A stretch of DNA of 64,000 bases from Microthyrium microscopicum. Taxonomy: Eukaryota. The DNA is taken from the NCBI GenBank assembly GCA_010405405.1, contig MU004236.1, positions 62,001 through 126,000 on the forward strand, in the 5' to 3' direction. The notes beneath the pieces were generated by a model, which had not been told where the DNA came from, made no database searches, and saw nothing but the letters and a program-made list of their open reading frames with translations. Position 1 is the first letter of the stretch. The number at the start of each line of letters is the position of its first letter. Below are positions 1 through 11,639 of the stretch, piece after piece. The translations under genes and the position numbers were made by a program.

Positions 1-245
1 CGACGTGTCACAAATTCAATCATGACATAAAACCTGTTGTAAATTTCAGCTGCCTACATTGAATCCTTCAAAATATACAATCAAGCCCACCTCAACCCAA
101 AAAATTCCGTCAAGCCATCCTTCGGGGCACCAAACCCATCACCACCGAAATCCAGCCTTGTCTTCAGCCTTATCCGTCCACTAGCTCAATCAAAAGACAT
201 CCCAAGCGATATTGATAGTCCACGCTACATACAGCCTCCAACGTG

Positions 246-840
246 ATGGCATCTGCATCAGGAAGCTCAATGATCCCCACCAGACCATCCGCCTCAACCC
301 CCGCCGCCATCACCCATCCCAAAATCCGCACCTTCGAAGAAGAGCAACAGCTCGACGAAGCAACTCGCATCCTAGAAGGCCAAACAAACCTCATCCACCA
401 TGCCACAGACATGAACCAAGTATGTACACTCCTGCCTCTCTCCTTTCCCCTCATCCCTCCCTATCACACCACGGACTAACACCTCCTAGTCCCTGCCCCA
501 AACAAAAGCCTACTTCACCCGTCTAGCCCACAGCATCACCCAAGCCCCCGAACCAGACTGGCCCATGATAAACAACCGCACGACCACCGGCTCACCTTTA
601 GCTGGCACGATCGCGACTCCTTTGCGCCGATATACCGGCAAGACAGCTTCGTCTCCTGCTCCACCGACATCTGCGCCACTGAGTCCGCGAAAGCATGTGC
701 TGGTTGAGGAAGCGAGTACTGGACGGAGGCGGGCACCGCCACTGGATGATGTGGAGATGGGCGAGAGTGGTGGGAAGGATACGGGGAAGGCGAGGAAGAA
801 GAGAAGGAGTGGGGCATTGGAGAGTGGGAGACGGCATTAG
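246..840 (+). CDS. Small hypothetical protein, 2 exons (intron 420-489)
   Basis: ATG at 246. GTATGT donor at 420 and CTAAC...TAG acceptor at 489 join ORF 243..479 in frame to ORF 565..840 (…HATDMNQ|SLPQTKAYFTRLAH…). Family not recognised. Confidence 0.65.
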
Positions 841-1488
841 AGTAGCTGTGTGATGGGAAAGGGTATGAAGTTATGGAGGATTGAGCTATGGATGATGGTC
901 AGATGGTTCTGGACTTGGTGTATAGACTTTAGACAACGATTTGCAGGGAGCAAAGACATAGAAGGCGCGTTTGAGTGTTTACATTCATGAATTATATCAT
1001 GAGGCATACCGAAGAATGCCAAAACAATATCTCCCAAGGGCCAAGGCCTATTCAGAGCCAATATGCATCTCCAACTCTTCAATAATAATGTAGTCCATCT
1101 TCATAATGACAGGCTTTAAACCGGCTTCATTCCCATTTTCTGCGTTTCATGACGTCTTCATATGTACATGTTAATATCTTTGCATAATCCACATCCAATA
1201 ATCCACATCCATCTGATAAAATGCTTCCCATCAAATGCCTTCATCCATGCCCACATTTCTCCACCAAGCGCCTTTAGTTTCATCATCAGCCCCCAACAAC
1301 TCTTCCGCATCACCAACTTGTCTTCGTTCGCTGATTTCGGGGAATGGCTGTGATTTGAGCCGCATGGTTTTGGCGGCAAGGAAGGATGCGGTGGAGCGGT
1401 TGGAGAGGGAAGAAGGAGAGCGGCTTGCAGTCGTCAATCCTTGCGGCGTCTTTCGGGCCTTCAAGGCGCCGCTCATGACTGGTAATTG

Positions 1489-3118
1489 TTATTGTAGAGG
1501 CTCTGAGGATGAGGAAAGTCTGTTGAGGTGTAGGTAGACGTCTGTTCCGTAGCTATATTGCTGTTAGTTAGACTGTCTAGGTTGGTACGATGGTTCGGCA
1601 ACTTACCCTTCCATGCTGATAAGCTTCAAATCACCTCCAAAGTACCGTGCGTATAGCCTCGATATGGGAAGTCCATAACCGAATCCTGCCATAGGTGCCT
1701 TAAAGTCCGACTTGTTGAAATCGGGGTCCAGGTTCGGAGTTTGATCCACGGTAGTATACATGTACGTCCAAACCAAAGGTATCGCAGATCTGGCAATTCC
1801 ACCTCCTTCATCCGATATTTTGATAGTGATGTCCTCTTTTCCCTCTGCCACAATGACCTTGGTGACTGGAAACTCGTCCTTGTCTTGTCCATGAGTTTCC
1901 ACCACAGCACGTAAGCTGTTTTTGAGAGTTTCGAATAGCATGTGCGATAAATGTCCAGGAACATACATAAAATTGATTTCCGGATTGCAAACAAGTTGAA
2001 TCTTTGGGGCATCAAATAAACCATAATGATCCTCGCAGACGAATCTTGCATTCTCAATAGCTTCTTGTGCAAGTTCTCGAACGTTTGTTTTGGTGCATAT
2101 AATTCCGACATAATTTGGGTGTGATCGAGCTCTTTGATCGGTCAAGGCAATATGCTGTCCTATAAGCATACGAATACCGATTCGAGACATGTAGAATCGA
2201 TCAAGAAAAGCTTGGATGTTATTATCGATTTGCATCCTCTGGCGTTTGCGCTTCCATTCCAGAACACCTTGGGCTATCCATCTGATTAGCAAAAATGTAA
2301 ACTCAGCTAGGATGCTACTAACCAACAGTAGTGACAACACTGTCATGCCGCCGTTTGATTCTCTCAAGTGTTTCAGCAAACTTCTTGTTGTACGCATTGA
2401 GCTCCGGTGGCCATTCATCCGTGTCTTCTGATGGAACGTAGTACCGTCTAGTGGCCATACCCTTGGCATGACTGTTGCCATTTCCATTGGGGACAGGATC
2501 CGATCTATATTGGCCAGGTTTCACACTGGGATTATGAGTGGTTTGACTGAGGACTTTGGAATCGTTGCCATTGACCCCTCTAGCACCCTTTAAAAGTTTC
2601 TCTCGAATATCAGTAGATAGCGGTGGTCGTTGCAAGGCTGTGAGGTCCTACAGATTATAAGAAGGGTGACAAAACTTGTGGTGGGCTGAACAAACCTCGA
2701 AAGATTGTGCGTACCAATCTTGAACTCGTCTAATTGAAGGCATTTCGTTCAATCCATCTGGAAGGTGACCGAGGTCTTGGACACGGTGAGCAAGACGAAT
2801 TGGTAGTTCCTCCGATAGAAACATAGAGGCTCTGAAGAGAGTAGCTGCTCAATCAGTTGAATTAGCAAGGACTTTCTGAATTGCAAAGTATATCTAGCAG
2901 ATCAGTTGGTGTGACGCACCAGTTGAAGGTCGTTCTCCGAACTGTACCATTTGTCGTAATGACACACCCGTAGCTGGCTATTAAGGACTCAATTAGCTTC
3001 GATATCTTTTGCAGAGTCTATGGACTTTCCAAGACATCGAGAAGACCTTAGGACAACCCACAAAGTTTGCATAATGAGCGATTCTTTCAACCAACTTCTC
3101 CGATTTTCTCCACGACAT
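1489..3118 (-). CDS. Mitochondrial pyruvate dehydrogenase kinase (PDK/BCKDK family, GHKL ATPase domain), multi-exon
   Basis: Starts MSWRKSEKLVERIAHYANF. Motifs FLDRFYMSRIGIRMLIGQH, LFETLKNSLRA (N box), ISDEGGG (G1) and AGFGYGLPISRLYARYFGGDL (G2). Last intron 1553-1606; terminal exon GYGTDVYLHLNRLSSSSEPLQ*. Confidence 0.95.
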
Positions 3119-4310
3119 GATAACTGGTATTGTGCGCGCGCACCGAGGCGCCGCTCTGACGAAAGACAGTCAACGGGCCCGTATTGAGGCGGACAGTGCG
3201 AATCGGCTTGTAAACAGTGATTTGAACAGATCAGTGTCGCGTGAGGGCTCTCCGGGTTCGGGGACGTGGATCAATGCGATTTGTATACGAGGGCTTGTGA
3301 CAGCGCGGGACAGCTACGAGAGGAAGAGATGCCCCGCGTCGAAGATGAGCTCGTGTCGGCGATTGAGGGTATCGAAGAAGGAATAGAAGTTGGAAAGAGT
3401 TGATTGCAGGGCGAAAGAGGAGAGAAGAGCAATATACTAGTGACTAGCGGAGAGAAAGGTATTGATCAAGGCTTGGGCGGGCGGTTGAATGGGGGCATGG
3501 ATGCCATGTGCTTTGCGCCCACGACTTGAACAACCACGAGGCCAATTTGCGGAGGCCGGCGACAATACACAGTATTGGGAATGGGATGAATGCTTCCTTT
3601 TCGTGTCAAATACCTTTACCTCTACAAATGACCAATCCTCTATTCTCTGTAAGAGGATGTTTGCCTTGTTGTAGGCTTGGATTGCCTTCCTGATCAACGG
3701 GTCCGCAAGAGGTTTTCCCCAGTCATCCGAGGACATGTTCAATGAATCTAGGCTAGATGGATATACTACCCCATACTCTACAAGCTAAGGTATCTTATAT
3801 CAAGCTAAACAGTCTACCTACCCCGTATTTTCCCATGACCTTTACACCTCTATCTATTTGCTCTACCTTCTTGAGTACCTATCCGCCTGAGATCCTCTCA
3901 CTTGCCAACCTGCGATGGTCTTCTTTCTTGACGGATCGTAAGCTAATACGCATACTTAGTGAAGAAGGGAATTGCTGGAGGGCCGAGGTCTTTTGCAAGG
4001 TCAGAAGACTGCAGCCACATGAAAAGTCCCGGAACCAAGCAATCCGGAATCTTCCGATCATACAGCCACCAAATTCCATATACACCAACTGCCCCTTTGA
4101 ATTAATGAATTGATCGCGTTCCTGTCACTTTGATTTCTGGTTAGCAACACAGATATCGTCAGAAAGACATCTTCGAGAGGAGAGTTATGAATTATGAGTC
4201 AAAAGAGTGGCTGTATATCACTCTAAGCCATTAGCTACTACTAGCAAGTTCACAACAATCATACAGTTCATACCTACGCGTCTTGACCCACAGATTCGCC
4301 ATATTCTTAA

Positions 4311-4887
4311 GATCGTTATTAAATTCCCACCCAAAATAAATTATTTTCCCACCCTTTTTTCTTAGTTTCCCACCCCTTTTAGATTGCCAGATATCTCTAT
4401 TAAAATAGCTAGTTAATAGAAATTTCAAATTATAAGCTTATAGAATAGCTTCTTCTCTATCTTTTAGCTTTTTCAGATTTCTATTACGATTCCTAGTTAC
4501 TAAGTTATTAAGGTTTAGAAACATAGACTAAACTGTCAAGACAAGGCTGTTAAACTGCCTCTCTTAAGAAGCAAAGCTTATTAACTTTACTAGACATTTA
4601 TACATTAACTAGTTAAGTTATGAAAATTCTGAAAAAGCTTAAAGATAGAGAAGAAGCTATTCTATAAGCCTATAATTTAAAATTTCTAGTAACTAGCTAT
4701 TTTAATAGAGATATATAGCAAAAGGTATAGAAGTAAAGGAAGCTACACCGTACCGAAGCCTTTTCTTGATAGAAGTAAGTAGTCACTAGAATAGTAAGGA
4801 AAGCTACTGATTCTAGTGAGAGGGGTGGGAAACTAAGAAAAAAGGGTGGGAAAATAATAATGTTTGGGCGGGAATTTAATAACGATC
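4311..4887. mobile_element. Non-autonomous foldback DNA transposon, Mutator/MULE-like (67-bp TIRs, 9-bp TSD TATTCTTAA)
   Basis: TIRs 4311-4377 and 4821-4887 match 62/67 and begin GATCGTTATTAAATTCCC. TATTCTTAA is repeated at 4302-4310 and 4888-4896. A second inverted pair lies at 4391-4477 / 4628-4714 (83/87). The interior is AT- and TpA-rich. Confidence 0.9.
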
Positions 4888-5602
4888 TATTCTTAATGCT
4901 GTCTATTCATTAAAGAACTATGCCCAGACAATCCGCCAATATCTGAATGCCCTAGTGCCACGAGACACCATCGAATCTACGCTATCAGCGGAATCAATGC
5001 TACAAGCGGGTTGAACGAACTCGGCAAACTTCACAGCTTGATTGACACGAGGTGGACGTGTCTGCACGCTGGTATTCATCATCCCAGTGGCAGTCGCAGT
5101 GCATCGCTGATGGGATCTCTTCCTCCAGTGCTGGATGATAGCCTGGGGGTTCATGGCGTGGCATTCTGTACGAATGGAAGACTGTTTTCGGATGTATATA
5201 TGGTGCGAGGATTGCTGAACAAAGCAAGGGGCATATTTCAGGACAGGGGGACGGTATATAAGATACAAGTTGGTCACTGGAATCTTGTCGTGACAGGATA
5301 CTTGGTGATTGTATCAACCAATAGATATTACTGAGCATTTACCATACATAGTTTCTTTAGTTTCCTGGTCCGCAAACATTAGGAGTTGTTGCTGGAGAGC
5401 TCCCATGGATCGCGCTCATGAGTTATTGTCGGGCTCGGCTTCACGAGGAACGCAACGCTTATCCTCAATTTCAAGCTCAAGAGGAGAGCATTATTGCGTT
5501 GAAAGCTTCATTGGGAATCTACTTCTCGTCATTCAAGTCATACCGCACCGACTCGTCTATGGTACAATCGAAACACATTATTCACAGTTTCTAGCCAAGA
5601 TG

Positions 5603-6995
5603 CTATAGAGCTTTTATGACCGCCTCTGCATATTCTGCAGTCTTTGCTTTACCACCAAGGTCACCAGTAATTGTCTATTTGCCAGTTAGTAAAAGAGCGG
5701 AGCAAAGTGAATCAATCGGTGTGACAAACCTTTCCTTCCGCAAGAACCTTGAAGATGGCTTTTTGAATCTGATCAGCGTGTGTCGACAATCCCATATGTT
5801 GAAGCATCATGATGCTACTGAGCAAAAGAGCTGTTGGATTGGCAAGACCTTTTCCAGCGATATCTGGCGCAGAGCCATGAACAGCCTCAAAGATACTGCA
5901 CTCATCACCAATGTTGCCAGATGGGGTCAAGCCCAATCCACCGATAAGACCAGCGCACAAATCAGACAGAATATCTCCGTAAAGGTTAGGCATAACCAGG
6001 ACTTTGTCGTTATATGGTAGAGGATCGGTAACAATCTTCAAGCAGGTGTTATCGAGGAGTTCAGCGTCAAACTCAATTTCTGGATATTCTGCGGCGACTT
6101 CTCGGGCAATGGACAAGAAAAGACCGTCGGACATCTTCATGATGGTAGCTTTGTGCACAGCACGGACCTTGGTTCTGCCAATTGTTTTGGCGTACTGGAA
6201 GGCATATCGCAATACTCTTTCGCAAGCGTCCCGAGTAATAAGTTTGATACTCTGCACAACACCGTCCACAACGACGTGTTCAATACCACTGTATTCACCC
6301 TCGGTGTTCTCTCGAATAAGGACGGTGTCGACATTATCGTAAGGAGTCTTGTAACCTGCAATTGACTTGCAGGGACGAACGTTGGCGAATAGATTAAAGG
6401 TTCGGCGAAGGGTAAGGTTGAGAGAGACGTGTCCTTTGCCAATCGGTGTTGCAAGAGGACCCTTGAGCGCAACGTAGTTTCGGTTGACACTTTCGATTGC
6501 CTCGTCTGGGATAACAGTTTTACCGTCCTTCAACCGTGGGGTGACATCGACCGATTCCCACTTGATTGGAACCTGTGAACTTTAGCATACTGCTGAGGAA
6601 GGCTTGGACAGCTAGAGATGTACCTTGGCAGCGGTATATATATCCTTGACAGATTGAGCTATTTCAGGACCGATACCATCACCTTCAATCAGTGTAACTG
6701 TGTATTTGCCCTGTCAATCGTCGCGTTAGTGATCTGGTTGTTGCAAGATTATGAGGCATTTATACGTCGTTGCCCTTTGTTCCCTTGAACTTGGCGACTT
6801 CTTCATCGCCGGAGTGGTTCGCATAGGATCTTGTGGCCTAAGGATATATTAATTTCAATTGAACACAGTTGACCTCAAGCTAGGCCCCAAGACGTGGCAC
6901 TATACCTGTAGACTTCGAAGTCTCCATTGCGACGATATGGCGGTCGATCGGAGAACCTGGCGTGCAGGGCTCGATAACGAGCGACAGGCTAGCAT
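5603..6995 (-). CDS. IDH2: Mitochondrial NAD-dependent isocitrate dehydrogenase subunit 2 (catalytic), multi-exon
   Basis: Arg/Ser-rich presequence [16 protein letters not shown]. Motifs [66 protein letters not shown] and [13 protein letters not shown]. Ends [21 protein letters not shown]. Confidence 0.93.
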
Positions 6996-7448
6996 TGCGA
7001 ATTATGTGGTGAGAAACCTCTTCAGTGCCGTATATATATCGGGAGCTTGAGAGGAATTTCGACAATGCTTCTTAAACAGAGGGGTAAGAGTAGAGATGTG
7101 AAGATGATGGCTGGCATTGCAGAGCTCGTTATCGACTTGCAGATGGAAGAGAGCTCCGTGCAGAAAAGCTACTAAGCTCAAAGCGGAAAGGCGTCCCACG
7201 TTCCCAAGTACCTGTTAGCTTTGTCTCTTAGCCCATGAACAACTCCAACTTGCAAACCACCACACCAAGATCTTCTTTCTACTAACCAATCATCATACAT
7301 GTCACCAATCTCTTGAAGCTGAATTTTCAAATTCGCATGTCAGTTGTCTACAAAATCTCCTCCCTCGTCCGCCGGAGCCCAGCCTTCTCCGATCCATCGA
7401 TCCTCGTAGCCGGCGAACAAAGGAGACTGGTGCGCTTCTGAAGCCATC

Positions 7449-10400
7449 ATGGCTCAGAATGCCCTCCTCAACCATTATAAAATCGACACTCCCTTTCCAA
7501 CCGAATGGCCCGCTGATAAAGATGGCGAAGACAGCGACGATGAAGAGGGTCTTATCCCAGAGCCTCGATCTGTTCAGCTAGGCGGCGCCAAGTCGCGATA
7601 CTCTGTCTTGGAACGAAATCCAAAGCGAACAAGCGTTCCTGGCGCTGAAAGAACAAAGGATGGTTTCGAGAATCTGGTTCAACGCGATGAGCAAGATCCG
7701 TTAGGAAAGAACACTTCAGTTATGCAGGTATTGCGTCGAAAAGGTGTCCCAGTCGAAGATGGCAAACTGCGAAACCGATATCTTCTCTCTTCAACTACTT
7801 TTTCTCCACTATTGTTTCTCTCCGAGGTTCATAGTGATGCATCAACAAAGGAGCTCATGGATGGTCTCGGCCATCTCTCACAGTCTATTGAACAGAAATC
7901 CGCCTCCCTCAAGATATTGGTAGAGTCCAACTTTGAAAAGTTTGTTCGCGCCAAGGCAACTATAGACAATGTTTATCGGGAAATGGTCAATCCTGGTCAA
8001 GAATCCGAAGGCCCACCATCTGCTCGTAGACCTCATTCGCGCCAGACTAGTCGTCAGAGCGCTCATTTTAGGAAAACGAGCGGTCCATTCAGTCCACAAG
8101 GCGGGGGATTTGATAAACGCAAGAACGCCTTGGTAAAGGAACAAGAATACGGGATTCTCCCTATCAAAGTCCCACTTTTGGAATTGAAAGCCAAAGTTGA
8201 TGATGTTTGGGGACCTGCGCTAGGAGGCCGTGAGCGCGAGGACTACCTCAAAGTATTCATGACTGGAACCGAGCAGAAGCGAAATATATTCGACATTGGT
8301 GCTAATATCACCGAGAGTATCAAACGTAGAGAGTACGAAATGCTCGTGGAGGAATATACTAAAGCAAAACATATGGCCGATGATGCGCGGACGCTCATGG
8401 AGAATGCTCAGCAAAATAAATCGCAATTGTCAGATGCCGACGTTCTTCAGATTGTCAGTACCGCTCGCATGTGGTCCGATATTGAGGATCAAATCGATGT
8501 CTTCAAGCGCGATGTTTGGCGACGGCTAGCTGGTGTACACTTCTCTAAACATGGTTCTCATGAAGACGGCAAACCCGAGGAATACATGGAACTCATTGGC
8601 ATATTGTTGGAACTTGGCGTGGAAGACAATCCTATCTGGGTCTGGCTCTTGAGCCAATATGACTATCTTAAACACAAGATCCTTGGTACATTCGAACGCT
8701 CCAAGGTCGAAATTGAGATCTTACGACGGCGATTGTCGTATGCGGAGAAACCATCATCCAGTCAAACAGCTGCTCATCTCAAGTCAGCCCATGCAGATGG
8801 TCGCGTAAAGCGGGATGGTGCCATTGATTCTAGCAAAGTTATTGAGCTATGGGAACATATTTATACTTGTCTCAGCGCCATTCTGTCAACCGAGGGAGGA
8901 ATTCTTGGCGAAGTCATTGAATTCTGGGAAACTGCCCAATCGTTCATTGAAGGAAAAGCGCAGTCAAGCCTTCCAGTGGGAATTGATGGGAAAAGCCGGG
9001 AGCATCATCGATTGTCAATGGGTGGTGTCAAAGATTTGAATTCTGGAGCACAAGACTTGATGACACAGATTCGAGATAACATCCTATTCTTCTTCACCGA
9101 TCTTCCTACAGAAGACTTATCATTGTTACTATCACCCATTCCGCCGACTCCCCTTACACCGAAAACTCCCAAATCTGCCACTGTTCCATCATTTGGCATT
9201 CCAAGACTTGCCGTGGATGTCAACAACATACCGCCGCCATCTCCTCGTCGAGGTGATTCTTGGGAGAAGTATGCATTTTGGCCTCCATATTCCAACTCAC
9301 TGAGTGGAGCACATTATCTGAGCAAGATTCTCCATCTTGTTGCTACAGCTGCTTGCGAAATGGCGAGTCTCAAATTTGCAGAGGATAGTAGACCTGCTGT
9401 TGACTCGCTCAAATTGCTAGTTGGAAGTGTACGAGAACGAAGCATACAGGCCATCTGCGCAGCTTGGAACAGTGACTGCGAAGATTCAAAGGCATTGGAA
9501 GATTGGACTCGAGCTTTTGATCGACCTGACTTGACGAATTTGCCCTCAAGACTAATGGATTTCCACGGCTTCTTACTCGTCAACTTGCAGAAGATTCTTT
9601 ACGTCTCCGAGGCCACGAAGCGTCCTACGTCGACCGATATCATCGTGCCGCCGTCTAATAAGCTCCTTCAGATGGTCCGCTCTCAATTTGTCGGTGGTAT
9701 TTATAAGGTAATAAATGGCATGAAGGACCACGCAGAATCGTCGACCAAAACACCTGATGATAGTGCTGACGGATTGACCACGCCTGCCCGAGATCCATCG
9801 TCTCTTAGCATCACATCTAGCTCGATTGATGCTTCGAATAGGGTATGTTCTCTTTATTTTGTGATTACTTTGCTAATGATATTCAGAATGTGCGAATTCT
9901 TCTCACCTTGAGCAATATCCAAGGTCTTCGCAACGACATAATGCCGCATTTGATCAGCATGTTTGAGACCAATTTCTCTTTGACCTTGACTGAAGAAGCA
10001 GATTCCATCCGGGACGTTTTAGGACAAATCGATGCTAGACTTTTCCAATCATATGTCGCACCCATGATTGGAGAAACAGACAAACTCGTCCGAGCTGGTA
10101 TTGGATCTCCAACTTGGGCACCAAAGACCGCTCCGCCTCTAGATGCCAAGCCATATGTTTACAAAGTTCTGTTAAGCCTGGTTCTCGTCCATACTGAAAT
10201 CAGCACAACTTCGCAGCCACTAACCTCACCAATTCTTAAACACCTTCTAGAAAAGTATCTCTTGTCCTTCTTTGAAGCCTTCAAGCTGCGCACAGAGTAC
10301 AACTTGGCGGCGCTTATGCAAGCAACACTTGACGTGGAATTCCTGGCTCAAACGCTCGCCAACTATACCACAGAAAAGGCAAGTAAGACACAAGGTGACA

Positions 10401-10643
10401 TCTACATCCTGCTGGACACCCTTACGGATAAGGACGCACGGTTCCAGCTGCAGAGTGGATTACAACAGCTACGGCAGATCTTAAAGTCGCTTCGCGAAGG
10501 CACGCGCACTGAATTGTATGTGATACTAAAGACGATTATCGGTCAGAACTGGAAGCTAAGCGTATTACAGTGCTTGCTTCAAGCGTCAGCGTGCTACGAC
10601 TAGAGCGACCGAACGACCAACCCAAGCTGGAGCAGCGAAGTAA
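7449..10643 (+). CDS. SEC5: Exocyst complex component Sec5 (introns 9843-9886 and ~10516-10570)
   Basis: Motifs DEQDPLG, FSPLLFLSEVH, LKILVESNFEKFVRAKATIDNVY, NPIWVWL, RILLTLSN and ALMQATLDVEFLAQTL. Two short introns join the ORFs in frame to a TAA at 10641-10643. Confidence 0.92.
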
Positions 10644-11639
10644 CGAGCGAATTGCCTGGTCGAGACGAGGTGATTGGTTTTTGACGGTCGGTGAGACTCA
10701 GCGGCACTATGGTGATCAGCTTGGATGTTATCATGGCGATGTAGACAAGGAGTGTACAAAGACAAGGCGGATAGGGTCCGGTAGATAGAAGAGATGTGAG
10801 AGTGTACCTATGTAAATCTACCACAAACTATTTTCTTTCTTGGAGGTGCCAAACCAGTTGTTTCTTAGATGTGAACACTACTCTACACTGAGACCTCGAG
10901 ACATATCAGATACTATTCGCATTGTGAAGCTCGTACATGTCCGCTCTTTCTAGCCGGCTCGAAGTAAAAAACCATGGTAGGTTACAAGGACTACTTGAGG
11001 TAGGTACCTGAAACAGGCAGGAGACAAGAGTGATAATGGGTATATCTTTTAAGGCTGGAGCAGTGCACGGACCAGGAGGAGGTGGATTCAGTCAGTCACA
11101 GCCTAACCAGGCAGGCAACTGCAACCTCTGGTAGAGTTCAGACCCCAACAAGAAGTCCTCACCACCAATCCAAGACTCTTTCACCCACAATCTCCTCCTC
11201 AACAAGTCACCACTTCCACTACAACTCTCAGAACTGGTTTAAAACCCCGACCCAGTTGTCTGCTTTCTTCTTCATCATCTTTCTACCAACCCTTCGCCCC
11301 AGAGCAGCTCTGCTACTCCAACCATTTCAAATCCATCCATCCCACCGCAACGCCGCCTCTTGACTTACTCACACGTCTATCGCTACGAGTCAACATCCAA
11401 TTTTCCGTCAGAATCTGACCCAAAGCGGCCTTCGCTTCCGCGCCTCTTGCAGCTCTCAAAGCTGTTCGCTTGAAGCGCTCAACAACAACATTTTTACTGG
11501 TGGCGCCGGGTCATCCCCTAACCTCGATAGCTGCGTGTTGACCCAACACTTCAACACCCCTTCCGCTATCCTCAACCCTACAAATATTCTCCTTCCTCCT
11601 CACTCTTCCGCGAGCGACATATCATCACAACCACCCATC

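Noticed and set aside
3437..4113. Short ORFs between PDK and the foldback element
   Set aside because: No recognisable motifs, multiple stops in every frame and no consistent splice model. Possibly decayed sequence.
4918..5608. Overlapping 100-120 aa ORFs downstream of IDH2
   Set aside because: No family signal on either strand; consistent with chance ORFs.
11535..11639. GTG-initiated N-terminal extension of cullin-1
   Set aside because: Artefact of alternative start codons in the ORF track. The pyrimidine-rich leader precedes a good ATG at 11640.
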